Shown in pieces: positions 50,219 to 63,910 of a DNA stretch of 64,000 bases. The stretch covers positions 372,001 through 436,000 of the forward strand of contig MU008197.1 in the NCBI GenBank assembly GCA_010909165.1, written 5' to 3'. Source of the DNA: Anthoceros angustus (lineage: Eukaryota; Plantae; Anthocerotophyta). The notes beneath the pieces were generated by a model. That model saw only the letters and a list, made by a program, of their open reading frames with translations, was not told the DNA's origin and did no database searches. Numbering within the stretch: the stretch's first letter is position 1; the number at the start of each line of letters is the position of its first letter. Both the position numbers and the translations under genes were made by a program.

Positions 50219-50715
50219 AATATAATATATTTATGATTAATTATATCATGATAAGAGGTATTCAAATATATATTATATAGTATTAAAATCCACTTCCCGT
50301 ATGAGCACAATATTAATGCTGAATGGAGGTAGAGGGACAACAAATTTAAACTGGCTTCTTCACATTTGCAACAAGCAGCCCGGAAACGCGTTCAGCGGGC
50401 TCTCTTCACATTTGCAAGAGGTGCTAGTGCCAAACACCGGTCGTATGTTTCAGTCCTATGTTAGCAATAGAGCACAAGAGGAATGAATTCATCGAGCATT
50501 CTTGCCACTCGTAGTAGGTACATGTGGAAAAGTCTAGAAGTACTTAGTTCATTCCTCCGGGTCGCGCAAAAAGAAAACATATTGTTTTTCTCCGAGGAGT
50601 GACATCCAGACACGAGTTCATTGGAACTCCACATTCATTGGAACTCCACAATTAAGCATCTTTCGGACGGGTTAGTGCTTGGATGGGGTGTCATCCATCC
50701 CCCAGCTTTATGGCC

Positions 50716-51670
50716 CTACATGTTATAAACATCCTCTCCACATGTTATAAATATAATCGTCTCCAACCACATGTTATAAACATCATCGTCTCCGACCACA
50801 TATTATAAACATCATCGTCTCCGACCACATGTTATAAACATCATCGTCTCCGCTTGCCGTGAGGTCGCCAGTTATTACATCATCGTCTCCGCAGTGTGCG
50901 GGGTCGCCATTTATTAGTGCCCTACGGCCAGTTATTACATCATCGTCTCCGCAGTATGCGGGGTCGCCAGGTGTTAGTGCTGCGGTATCGCAAATTATTA
51001 CATCATCATCTCCGGAGTGTGTGGGGTCGCCAGTTGTTAGTGCCCTACGGGGTTACTCCATCGTCTTCGCAATGTGCGGGGTCACAAGTTGTTAATGCCC
51101 TGCAGGGCTACTCCATCGTCTCCGTAGTGTGCGGATCACTAGTTGTTAGTGCCCTACGGGGTTACTCCATCGTCTTCGCAATGTGTGGCGTCGAAAGTTT
51201 TTAATGCCCTACAAGTTTACTCCATCGTCTCCGCAGTGTGCGGGATCGCTAGTTGTTAGTGCCATATGGGGTTACTCCATTGTCTTCGCAATGTGTGGGG
51301 TCGCAAGTTGTTAATGCCTTCCATGGCTACTCCATCGTCTTCGAAGTGTGCGGGGTCGCCAGTTGTTAATGTCTTATGGGGTTACTTGATCGTCTCTATA
51401 GTGTACGGGATCGCTAGTTGTTAATGTCTTATGGGGTTACTTCATTGTCTCTGTAGCGTGCGGGGTCGCCAGTTGTTAATGCCTTATGGGGTTACTTCAT
51501 TGTCTCTGTAGTGTGTGGAGTCGCCAGTTATTAGTGTCCTATGGGGTTACTCCATCGTCTCTATAATGTGCAGGGCCTCGCACACTATGGGAACGATAAT
51601 AACTTCATAGAATATTGTGCTCTATGGGGTTACTCCATTGTCTTCGCAATGTGTTGGGCTATTGTTTAGT
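50716..51670 (+). repeat. Compound minisatellite: ~28-bp units grading into exact-period 55-bp units
   Basis: cacatgttataaacatcatcgtctcc repeats at 50716-50852; g(g/c)t(t/a)actccatcgtc recurs at ~51051, 51106, 51161 ... 51546 (period 55). Confidence 0.92.
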
Positions 51671-53657
51671 GTCCTACGAGGTTACTTTAGACAAAAAATC
51701 TCAGTGCGGGACTTTGATGTATACTTTAAAATATCTATTAAGTCTCCGAACTCTCACTAAAAACAAAAAAGATGACACACTTGTTACCATGGATCTTTGT
51801 ACTTAATGCTCGCAACAGTTGTGCCTACTGCAATACTTTTTGAAACTCTAAGCATCAATTTACCTGAGGGAGCTATCTCTATAAAATCTCTAAGCCCCAA
51901 TTCACAGACACTCCTTTCTTTTGCAATGAATTGGGGGATGTTCATGCTTACACACTCTATCTATTTTAAGTTATCTTATCGCTACACCAGCCTGTCTAGT
52001 ATGGGGTTGCTATCTAATTGAATGCTAAATAATTTCCTTCGAGACTTAGCAATTGATGCGGTATATAGCATGATAACCTTAAACCACATTAGAGATAGAG
52101 AAGGATCCGGAGCGTGCACACAGATTTGGAGGCATACATAAGCACAGATTTGGAGGCTACATAAGCACTAACAAGCAAATTGACTCACCTTCTTATTTAT
52201 CGTCCACCCTCACAGCTCTTGATCTCCAGGAGGGGCTACCCTCACATATTGCATATCAGGGGCAAGCTTTAAGATCTTCCTAACCTATCCCTTTCTAGCG
52301 CAAACTATTTTTCATGCATACCTAGGTCTTATACATGAGAAACAAGTTGTGAGAAAAACAATGGAAGCTTATATGTGTATGAAGACCTTATGTTTCTTGA
52401 AGACCTTGATCCACTAAAGATTCCTTCGGAGCGTTTTTGTCCATAGAATATGTACCTACGGCCTTATCCGTGTTTAATTATGCTTAAGATTAAGTAGGTT
52501 TAATGATTTAATATTACAATCTCGTCAAGAGTACTTACCAAACTCATGGGCTTTTTGGATTTGGCAAGCAGTCATGTCGCTTTGAGAGTGATTTGGCAAG
52601 CAGATGTATGGCTTTCATAAGTTTGAAGGGAAGGTGGAGGAGGAGGTGGCAATCCTGATGTGGAGGCAGTGATAAAGCAGAGGTCAGACACAAATCTTGT
52701 CACTGGATTTTTGAAAAGGGACTCAAATGCAAGTCAACACAATAGTCGTAGTGATCTGTTTTATGAAGTAATTCTATTACTGTCTCCAAAGTGGGTTAAG
52801 AAATAGGCATTTGGTTGGAATGATGCTTTTATTGGTGGAGCATTTCTTATCAGAGGGCATGTGCAATCCATCAAGCTGAGAGGAGCAAAGTAAAAACGGT
52901 CATGATAAGTTCTACAAAGAGTGAAATAGAATGTTTTGTTCCATATTTGAATTATCATTTTTTCAGTGGGCCTTCGCAATTTCAATAGACGTAGAGATGC
53001 ATTTGGAGGCGCTTATTATTAAAAATGGAGTCTAATGGTGGGTAGGTTATAGGAATAAAGTTCCTCAACTTACATAGATGCCATGTAGAATAGTTGGGCC
53101 ACATATCGGCAGCTTAACCTCGGACAGGCACAAGGATGTGCTTAGTTCCGGCAAAAAAAATAAAATTCTTGAAGGATTCAAGATCGATTTTTTATGTCTT
53201 TGAATGTTTCGAAAAGAGTACTCTTTGTTAAGCTCCTTTTAATGGTGACAATTTTGGATTCCAAAACTTCACTTTAGAGTATTACCACAATCGAGTACCC
53301 CAGATCTGGCCGACTAAACAAGCTCGCACAGATAAGCTCGAGTCTCCTTTGCTCTCAACTTATTAGTCGCAATATGGTGGGTGACGGTACGAGGAACATA
53401 CTATGCTAATAAGTGGAGCAATTCAAGGGACCAACTTTGCATCAAGAATCTCAATGTGAACGTTCTCACATCGGGGACAACTTCAAGGGCCCCGATCACA
53501 TCAGCCATTCCTCTCGCGCGCAGAGAGAGAGAGGCATACTATTCCTCCTCTCTCTATGATATTTCTCACATTCAATGTAGCAGCTATCTCTCTCTTGCAC
53601 TAGTGACAATTGTACTAGTACAATGGCGATGCCCATTGGCAAAGAGAAGGTGCCGAT

Positions 53658-53800
53658 ACGGCGTGCCAAGGTGGAGCGTACAGGCAAATGGGTGGGCGCC
53701 GAGTGGAGAGGCGCCAGGGTGCGTTTCCGAAACGGCGTGCCAAGGTGGAGCGTACAGGCAAATGGGTGGGCGCCGAGTGGAGAGGCGCTAGGGTGCGTTT
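53658..53800 (+). repeat. 74-bp near-perfect direct duplication
   Basis: acggcgtgccaaggtggagcgtacaggcaaatgggtgggcgccgagtggagaggcgc at 53658 and 53732. Confidence 0.92.
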
Positions 53801-55340
53801 TGGGGAATAAATATGTAACTATAGGCAGAGGGCAGTGTAGTGATAGGCGCCGAGTACCAGTCAATTTTGGTACGAAACATTTGCACCTTGGGTCCCAGTA
53901 TTGTGAAGATTTGCTGATCAGAACGCCTCATTTCGATGCATATTGGTTTACTCATGCTGATTTTCGAAGAGGATGCTCCGTGGGTGCGTTGGTCAGAAAG
54001 CCATGTTTTTTGCTTATGTGAAAATCGGATGCGCACAAATCGTGCATCATTGGAAAGCCCGTGAGAGCATGAGGAAGGTCTAATTTTCGCAAATTTATTG
54101 AGCACAAGACGTGAAGAGGAAAACTGAAAGAGTGGAGCTCATGAATAATTGGGAAAATAGGTAAATAGGTCCGCAGGACCCCGGTCATTCTGGGGTTAAT
54201 TGATCGAAGTCTCCACAAGCCTAAACACGCGCACCACCCTACCGCTTTGCTATTGTTGTCTCATGAAACTGAATTAGGTCTTGCGGCGTTTATTTTGTTT
54301 CATGACCTCCCCTAATACAGGCAGGTAACACTGAACAAATTAGGGGTAGGAACGTAGATTACTTCTCCTACTCGGAATTTTCTTTTTCACCTAGGCCTTT
54401 CTCTAACTAGCTTACGAATTGGAGACGGATTGTCCAAGCGCATATGGGATGATACCCACGATGCAGTGTTCGCCGGATTACGACGGTTTGAGATGATGGA
54501 AAGTGTAAGTCCAACGTCTACAAAATTGCATCATCGAAGATAAACCCGTAGTCTTCTCAAGCTTGTACTTTGACGGGGACAATTTGGGGCGGTCGTTCTA
54601 ATATCTGGCATGCCTGGGGTCCTTGGTAGATTACCGTACCTCGAAGGGTGGTTCAACAGGATAATGCCGAAATAATTATTTTTTGAAAAAAACAAGGTTC
54701 AACATAAATATTTATATTTTTCAAAATTTCAACATTTACAAAAAATAATTTTATTAAATTTCAACATTTATTAAAATATATAGGTATATATAAAACTAAT
54801 GGATATGTATAGATCTCCCCTAAATAGGCCCTAATTTTCCACACAAACCCTAGTTTCCTTATTTTTGGCATCATAAACTCATAAATTTTTACCTATTCAA
54901 CATTTTAAGTATAATAATTTCTGGATTTTCAACTTTTACTAATTTTAATTAATTAACGCCGAATCACCCCTTGAGGTACGGTATATGGCTTCTCATATGG
55001 TAGCGTCATGGTGTGTGCCATCTCCAATTTGGGAGCTCAAAATCTGACACCTCAAATGTCTCCATTTGTAGCAGTTGTGCCACCGCGGGGAATGTCCCTT
55101 CATCCGCCTTGCACGGTCACCTGTAGTCTGTGCAACAATCAAGACCTCTTATTTCTCGCAAGCAATAACGGCGTCCTGAGCACTCCGCTTCGCTGGATCC
55201 ATTCGGGAACTCGCCCGGAGAGAGATCTCGTTTGGCGACAGCTGACGCCGATCTCTGGCCAGCCAATTCTTTCGCAGCACTCGCTCCTGCTGTGATGGCC
55301 CGAATTTCTTGGCCATTCATGATAGGTACGTGAAAAACCG

Positions 55341-56213
55341 TCACGTCTCGACCGAGTGTCGAGGCCGCACGGTGACGACGTTTGTGGCCTCGTCCACCGT
55401 GATCTCAGCCAATCCACACTGGTGGATTACCCACGCATTGGTGGTCAGATGCAGGCTCACTTGGCCAACTTATACGTTAGCAGACCTCCACGGCCAACGC
55501 AGCCGGCAGCAGGAGCTGATCCGCCAAATGCTCGTCCACGGGAGCGCCAGATTCTCGGAACTGCAGCATCTCGCGGCAAGCCTCCTGCGCAATCCGATCC
55601 GCGTCCCGTTGCCCTACTCCCGAGCGCCCCGAACCCCGCCACGCTCCCCTCATACTGCGCCGTGAGGGACAAAGCCATCCCCGCTCCCACGCTCTCCACC
55701 CGTCGGCTCTCCACCTCAGCCTCCACTCCACCCTCCCGCCACAAGCTCCCCGCCTTCGCACGGGCTTACTCCGCGGCCGCGTCCGGGACATGCGTCAGTC
55801 CTGGATGTAGGTCATATGGGGACTGAACGGCACATGCGTCCCTCCCCGCAGCAGCAGCCGAGACTCTAATTCCGATCCCGATCCCGCCATCGCCAGAGGC
55901 AGCAGCACCGTCTGCAGCACGAGAGAGACCGCCCCCGCGGTTCCAACATCAAAGGCACGGGCCCGGAAGGCTGGAATTCCAGCCAATTGGATCCCACGCA
56001 ATCCCCTCGCACCCCCGCATTGCAGATGGCTCACACACAGGTGAGATGCTGCGCGGCCAGGCCAGGCTTGCTCCGGCCTGCTCGAATGTTGCGAATGCGC
56101 AGCGGCTTGCCGATGAGCGCAGCCCGCGAGAGCGATGTCCGCAGAACCTGCCCTCCTCCTTCCCCGTGGAAGCCGTCGGTCTCGATTGCGCTCACACCGT
56201 CGACGTCCTCCAT
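55341..56213 (-). pseudogene. rtcA: RNA 3'-terminal phosphate cyclase (RtcA-type), intronless, disrupted
   Basis: [14 protein letters not shown]...[24 protein letters not shown]; IC.A.V.GD.VGS..LEF.P; FDVGTAGAVSLVLQT; GGTHVP.SP; AGFGALG; GAPVDEHLADQLLLPAALA; SLHLTTNAWVI. Stops at 56031 and 55795, several frameshifts and an internal deletion. Confidence 0.9.
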
Positions 56214-56656
56214 CGTCCCGAACCCCGGATTCCACGCAACCTCGCTGCTGAGTCGTCAAGCGTCGTGTCCAGACCTACTCGCTAGGTACAGTACTCCAAA
56301 TTCGATTATGACGCTTGTTTGAGTGTTAAAAAGCAGCCCCTTAAGCTACCTAGTAGGTAGGCGAAGTAGGAAAGCGACTAGGTGCTAAACTTTTACCGTA
56401 AAGCTACGGTTCAGGATTGAGCTCAGCCCGGGTCTCTACTCTACATGCATAGGTGGGCTGATAATGTGTGGTTTGTTAAAGTGTGTAGAATTTTGAGCTC
56501 CAAAAATCGGGTCTCCTGGTAAGCTGAAGACGTCGCAGGCGACCCCACCAGAGCGTCATTGGGCCGCCGTCTCCAAGGCAAGCGTCGCCATAAATCTCTC
56601 CATCGGTTCCATCCATCAGCTCTTCTCCGGAGCGGAGAGCTGTGTTCCAGTCCATC

Positions 56657-58079
56657 ATGGCGGCAGCTTGCAGTTCCATGAGCTTGGTGGGTGCTTCTCT
56701 GCGCCTCGCTTGCCTTTGCTTCCTGCTGCTCTTGCAAGATTCCGGTTTCAGGGATTGTTGGTGCGGTTGTGTTGCGGATTTTTTGTGGCTGGATGTGGTT
56801 TTGTTGCTGCTTTCAGGATGGATTTGTTGGAGGTCTGGCTGCCTGTGACGGGCAGGAGGGGACTTACTCGTGCCGCGAATTGTGTGGTTTGCTTTTCTCC
56901 AGGCCAACATTGCCGTGCAGGCTTCCGTCCGGCCGGTGGCCAGGTGCGTGAGGCAGTCCCGTGTGTTGCTGAGTGCGCCGACAGTGTCGAGGGTAGCAGA
57001 GAGGGGCTCTCGTGGTGTCGGTGCCTCTGCTACCTCCTTCGCTCGTGGGGGAGTGCAGTTGCGCTTTGTTAGCTCCGCCAGAGTGCAGCGGGCTTCTCCC
57101 CCTGCGGTCAAGGCTGCTCAGGTAGAGCTACAGGCAGCTGGCAGTCGGCACCGGGCCAATGTCGGTGTATGCTGTGGGGCTGAGCTCGCGTTCTTGTTTG
57201 CACAGGAACTGGAGGAGGTGCAGACGCAAGCCAAGGTTACTTCTAAGGTCTTTTTCGACATCGAGATCGGTGGGAAGCCAGCAGGCAGAATTGTGCTAGG
57301 GCTTTATGGAGAGGAGGTCCCCCGGACGGTGGAGAACTTCAGGGCACTTTGCACTGGTAGCGTACATCATATCTGTTGCTTTGGTCACGCCACTTGTAAT
57401 TAACTGCTGCTTTGCGCTTCTGACCTATTTCGGTGATGGCAGGAGAGAAGGGGTTTGGGTACAAGGGCTCAGCTTTCCACCGCGTTATCAAGGACTTTAT
57501 GATCCAGGGTGGAGACTTCGACAGAGGCAATGTAGGATGCATGCTTTTCCTTAAAGCTCTTTCTGGTTTCTGCAACAATGTAGCATACTGGGAGTCTCAC
57601 GTTGGTCTGGCAGGGTACCGGTGGCAAGAGTATCTATGGTGAGAAGTTTGCGGACGAGAACTTCAAGTGTAAGTGCTTATAACAATTTGTGGAAGAGTTT
57701 GGTAGGTCTTGCCAGAGCCTCTAACTTTGCTGCTCACCTATTTCACGAATTATGCAGTAAAGCACACTGGACCCGGCGTGGTCAGCATGGCAAATGCAGG
57801 CCCTAACACCAACGGCAGTCAATTCTTCCTGTGCACTGTCAAGGTGTGTTCAGTTCGGTCTTATGCTTGGGTATGTGCAAGTGTTGCTCAGCTCGCTCAT
57901 TAGTTTCACTTGTTTCTGTGATTGTGATTGAGCAGACTCAATGGCTGGACAAGCGTCACGTGGTTTTCGGCCAAGTGATCAATGGCATGGACGTTGTTAG
58001 GCAGATCGAGGGTCAGCAGACAGATCGCGCCGACCGTCCCAAGGCAGCCTGTGTGATCGTAGATTCTGGCGAGCTTTGA
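56657..58079 (+). CDS. CYP20: Plastid cyclophilin PPIase (CYP20-2/CYP20-3 type), 7 exons
   Basis: Transit-peptide-like exons, then [86 protein letters not shown] phases consistent. Confidence 0.95.
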
Positions 58080-58717
58080 AGGCGGTCTGGCAGTTTTGAT
58101 AGTTGGGAGTGGCATTTTGGCCGATTGAGGCAGTACCACGGGCTCTTAGAGCGATATAGGTGCTTTCTTGGCCGGTCTTGCTTCACCAGGGTAGTGTTCG
58201 ACAATGCAATTTTGTCCTTGACAGCCCTGTAGCTTATTTTGCTCGGGTGTCATCGTTCTCGAACGAGCAGTTCTAAGATCTGCAGAATACTGATACCCTA
58301 GTAAGGGGAAGAGAATCGGCTGCAACGTACGATCTTCAAATATTAAGACAACGAAAATGACAAGGATTAGCATATTCTGCAGCAGCTCACCTCCTTGTAC
58401 TTGATTGGCATCTCTGGTGACAAGCGGGTCATCAACCGAGGAGCCATGTCCCTCGATGAAAAGAATAGCTACTATTTACAATATGCCAAACAAGCTCCGG
58501 CAAGGGAGATTCCTCAAAGGCTCTCAAACTTTACTGGAGGTTGGTGCAAAAATGACAGCGATTTGGGATCGCCACCCAAATCCTTCGTGCGAAGCCTGTT
58601 CAGGGGGACGCTGCGGTTCTCCTAAAAGGCGCCTGGAGTTAGTCTAACTAAAAAAACTGGGGCAACAGCGGTGCACATACTAATGGCCATCTTTGAACAC
58701 AGATCTCCAACCTTGTC

Positions 58718-61700
58718 TCAGGCGCTCGCAATGATTTCATGGATGGCATCACTAACGGAAGGATCTTCTGCTCGAACTGCAAGTTTCATGGCAACTTGCT
58801 TCTTTGCGTCGATTCCGAAGGACAGTCGTACTAGTACTTGAATTCCCCCTATGAACTTGCCAGACAGCAGACACGTGTGTGACCGTGCATTACTCGGCAC
58901 AGCTTCGGTTCCCTGAGGAGCACGAAAAGAAACGAAGCGATAGCAGACCACTTATGAGATACCAATGCCTCTGTGCTGAGAAAATTGCAGCCCCCGCAAT
59001 ACCAATGATCACCACGACAGAAGATAACACGCTCACCTCACAAGGTTGCATGCCGAGGATAGTTATAACAGCTTGGACAGCTTCTTGCAAACTTTCCCGC
59101 ACACCAATTCCATACTCGTCAACTTTTTCAAATTCTGGATCCAGTGACTCCCAGGCGTTCCTGAAATTTGTGACTCCTGCCTTCAAGATGTAATCAGCCG
59201 CAGTGACCTACAAAAATTGACCCGTTAGATGTTTGTGCTCACACTTTGACGTGTTGTATTGCGATTTATAAGCAGCAGGTTATAAGAAGCATAGTCCCAT
59301 GTCTACTCTTTTACCTCAATGTCTTCCAGTTGATAGTCATCTGGGTAGCCTTCATCATCTGCAGTCCCTGTCGAAGTATCAACCTGCCAAAGCCATAGAA
59401 GGACTTACTCGATTCAGTATCTATACCCATCTTCCTTTGCAGAAAGTGGACCAGGAGGCTGCAGTTAGTTTTCTTCACTACAAAATCCATGGTACCTCCT
59501 TCACAACAAACTTCAGTGCACTGGTGAATTTCCCAACTGAGATGACACCCTCTGGCTTCTTGAAAGCTACAAAGGCCTGGCCAGGTGTACCATAAGCCAT
59601 GGCTGGCAAGGGCTTTGAGACCACCTCCTCAAAATCTTCTGCTTCTGCTGCATCTAAGACCACGCTGACCTGTAACTCATACCAAAATGTTAGGATATTG
59701 TCCATCCTCATAATCTTTGAGGCAACAAATGGGGACAGCTTTCAACCCATACTCCTGTGAACAGCTATTTCTGTCCGAAAATGGAAAAAGAGGAATCTTA
59801 CATTTTCCAGAACTTGCTCAGCTATGGTATTGGTGCAGTTGAACTGGAAAACTATATGACTGGGGAATACGTGCTTCACAGCATTTATTGAGTATTCAGT
59901 CTCTGCTTCAGTGAGCTCCACAGGTGCGGAAGACTACACATTAACAGTACGTTAGTAATGCAATTGGCATACTACTTCCCACCCAGCCACAGACGGCACA
60001 GGTGACAAACAGTTACCTTGAAGAGATTACCAAACCCAGAAAATTCTGGAATTGAACTCAGGAGCTTTTGATACGTTTCTCCAGGGCTGGTGCCAGAAGC
60101 TATTCCATTTGCATTTGCCTTATGAGCAGCATCCTTGCCAGCTTTCTTGCCAGAAGGTGCCTTCTTCTCAGTTGGTGGCAGCACTTTGACGTCCTTAGAT
60201 ACAGCTGACAAGTCAAAAGATTTCTCGCTTGCCTCCTGATAGTACACAGACCAGTGGTGGAATAAGCAGAAGCCAAAGCCTCAAGAAATCAAGAGCCTCG
60301 AGCAAAAGGTCAAGGGGTCAGATTGTGGCCACTCACATAGGACAGCAATGCAGCCTCCAAGTTGGCAAGAGGAATATCCAAGGTCCCAAACACAAAGTCC
60401 CTCAAACCATCTGTTTCTGCTTCCTCAGATCCGCCACCAAGTGCATACAAGTATAAGGTGGCTCGGTCTCGCACCTGTGCAATGTACAAGTGTCAAAGAC
60501 AATCCATCTGTGACATGTCACCTCAACCTAAATGACTAAAAAGAGCAACTAAGATGGGATGAGCCTGACATCACCTCATCATCGTTGTCGAACAGACATC
60601 TGCGGAGAAGAACCAAGATCCGAGGCTGCAAACATTGCCAGATCCAGGATCATCTACTACTCATGAAACAAAGGTCTTTCATATGCATCTTTGTTGCCAA
60701 TATATCCAAACCCAAGAGTAGTATTGCTGTTGGCAAATGTGAATCCAGGACTAAGTAAGGCTGGGCAGAAAAGGCAACACTAACCCTGAGAGTCTCAGCC
60801 ACAGCTCCAAACTTCGCCAAGGCACTAACTGCACTAGCCCGAACAGTGGCATTCTCAAGAATCACTCTGTTGTAAATATAGCGGATATACTTGCTGGGAT
60901 CAGCAGTCTTAGGCCCCTCATTCCCAAGAAGATGCAATATCTGCAGAGTTTGAAAGACATTAGGACCTTCATGTCCATGAGAGGAGATGATTAGATTCAA
61001 CACAGATGTCAAAAAAGAGAAGTTATCCACCTACCTGGGTTGACAGATAGGTGAATTCACAGTCCTCAATGAACTCGCATAAGTGTGACAAACCACTCTC
61101 CTTGGCATCAGGAATCTCTCGGATGAGGATAAGAATTGAGTCCACAATTGCCTTCTTATACTCAAATCCACCTTCTTCCCGCAAAATGTTGCTCAAGAAG
61201 TTCATCCTGAAAAATATGCAGGAGGTGAGCTATGCTTCACAGGTGGGGGACATCATCCTGGTTAACACGAATAGGGTAGTGCTGGTGACATACAATGTTC
61301 TGTACTTCTGTGGGAATTTCAGACAGAGAGACCGGATTGCCTCCACAACAACAATCTTGAACTCATCTGCTATATCCGACATGAAGTTTGTAATCTGCTT
61401 CATGAGCCAGTCGACACTTGATTCATTGCCTGTCTTCAGCAACGTGGTGATTGCAAGGGTGGCAATGCTACGGTTTTGATCAGAGATCAAGCTTTCCATA
61501 TCTATATTGCAGTTTGTGACTGCCAGTGGATGAGACATTGCAACCTGAAGCAACATCATACTTTTCAGAATTCAGACCACTAAATGACCACGACATGGAA
61601 CAAATTCCTGTATACCAACCTTGTTAAGGGTGCGCACAGCAGCAAACCGAAGAACTGGCTTTGTGGAACTAAGGAACATCTGCAGAACAGTAATTGCAGG

Positions 61701-63574
61701 ATTGAGCTCTCGGCTAGTAACTCCAGTCAGCTCTGTTACAGCTCGTGCGGCCTCAAAGATAACCATCTCTGTCTTATGCCTCAGACAACCCTCCAAGTAG
61801 TCATAAAATGGCCTATCTCCTGCTTGGGAATTTGAAGCAGATTCTTCAATAACCTGCATTGCAACCTAAGTTCGGTTGAGTTCGATTGGTAGCTCCAACT
61901 TTAATTTTGATTACATGAAACAACAAAAATTAATGTAACCAAAGCAATTATTACCTGACTGGTGTACCTAATGAGCAGGCATTGTGCCAAAGGAGAGCGC
62001 ACATGGCCACGTGTAAGGCTTGTGACCAACTTGCTCACCGCCAATCGGTCATTTTGGCGAATCTGGTTAAAGATGACATTGTCTTCAGGTTTCACGTTCA
62101 GTTAAGGGAACGTAAATTCGTCACCATGTGGCATTACCTGGTGAAGCAGAGCAAGGGCATGAAACTGCACAAGCGAGTGTTTAGACTGCACAGCCTCCTG
62201 AACCTCGTTACTCCAGCGCTTCACAATGTCAGGGTTGGTCTGCAACAAACCACAAACGATGGCTGTCAAGCACAAGGTACCTCAAGCATATAACAATATC
62301 AAACAACCCGATGAAAACCAACCTGTAGAAGATGAATCCCGCTCACGAGCGCCGCACTCGATACAACGGGATTCTTGTCTACGACTGCCTGCTTGAGGTA
62401 GCGTTCAATCTGACTCAACAACTGCCCATCAGTTATCCTGCACAGAACTCGGATGGCATTGGCGCGATAAAGGTCTGTCTTGCTGTTCATGTCCTTCATC
62501 AAAGAACTCGTGACAATAATAACCTGCAAAAGAAAAATGCATAAGCCTGGGGATACCATTCTGGTCAATGACAAAAATCAAAACTGGGCGGACGTAACAA
62601 ATCAAACCTCATCTGCAGACGGTGAGATCTCCTTTATCATGAGATACACCATCCGCCTCAAACCAATGTCTTTCGACTGAAAGAGCTTGGTCACGGCAAA
62701 AAACACCTCCGTTGCTTCAGTCTGCCACATTTTGTAGTCAGTCAAGAGGTCCACATCAACCAAGGCTACACCCGTGCAAAGCTCATCTCTGATCCACCAG
62801 CACACACCTTCGTAAATGTCTCGCCTTGATTGAGAAGATAAAGCAACTTGGTGATCACCTGCGTCCACCAAGGATTCCATCAGCTGAGCTTTCCCAAAAG
62901 GCCTCCTCCGAGCAAGTGCCACCACCCGCGACTCACCTGAGCACACCTCCTTGCATCTAACTGAGGATCATTAAAAACCCGAGCTTCCTGGAGCACCGCC
63001 CCTTTCTCAATGCCGTAAAAGGGAGAATACTCAGCTGCACAAGGCATGAAAACGAGCAGGCAGTCACTTCCCTGATAGCATCCACAATTGCACAATCTAA
63101 ACTTCGCCACTCTGCGACCTTCCCCTGCCCTAACGACTGGTGCAGCTAGCAAACGCCGAATAACACCCCACTGACAGCGCGGAATACGTTAGCTCCCAGC
63201 TTCACTCGCAATCGGCCCAGGCCAGACAAAGCTGAAGAATGGGCCCCTCAGCGGCACAACCACGCCAGCATTCTCCATTCTACATCAAATCTGGCAGCCT
63301 CAAATCCTGTGCCCCGATGCGCTTGCAAATTCCACCCCGACTGCCTCCATCCACCCTAAGCAGTCCGACACCAGATCTGCTGATCCGGGACCCCGAACGC
63401 AGTCCCAGGCCAAGCTAAAATCAAGTGCAGACATATTCCCAGCCCACACCAGCTGCATTGCTGCACGGCCTATGTGTCCAAGATCTGCGGGTGAAGGAAC
63501 CAGGATAGGGAAGAGATCTCACAGTCGTCCTCCCGATCGTCATCCTTCTTGGCAGCGGGCTGGATGAGCGCCAT
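58718..63574 (-). CDS. COPG: Coatomer subunit gamma (gamma-COP), many exons
   Basis: [133 protein letters not shown]. Exons traced in frame to TGA at 58718. Confidence 0.96.
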
Positions 63575-63910
63575 GATCGACGACTCCTCCCGATCCCGCT
63601 CCAGCGTTCCCAGCGGACTCTCCCCCGACTGCCGCGACTGCTGGCGCTCACTTGCCCAGCCCGACGAAGCTCATTGGAGTCTCACGTCAGGAGACTCGAG
63701 AGAGCCTGCCAAACCGGGCCCCCCCCTCTGTTCTGGGTTCCATTGGCAGACCCGTCTTCTTGAACCTCGCTTTATGCTTATTATTAAATTTTTTTCTTAC
63801 TATTACCCCTTGTTACAACTACAACCAGAGCCAGAGTGCCCTATATACATATATGTAGCAGGTACGAAGGCCACGTTGTGCGCCAGTGCAGGTCTCATTC
63901 CTCATTCTGG

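Noticed and set aside
52300-54950. Possible LTR or other TE in the AT-rich block
   Set aside because: No paired LTRs, TIRs, PBS or coding motifs were recognisable beyond short local duplications; left unclassified.
55100-56300. Bacterial contamination explaining rtcA
   Set aside because: The gene is frameshifted and lacks operon context, and it is flanked continuously by AT-rich plant-type DNA and an intron-containing cyclophilin. A chimeric join cannot be fully excluded without reads.
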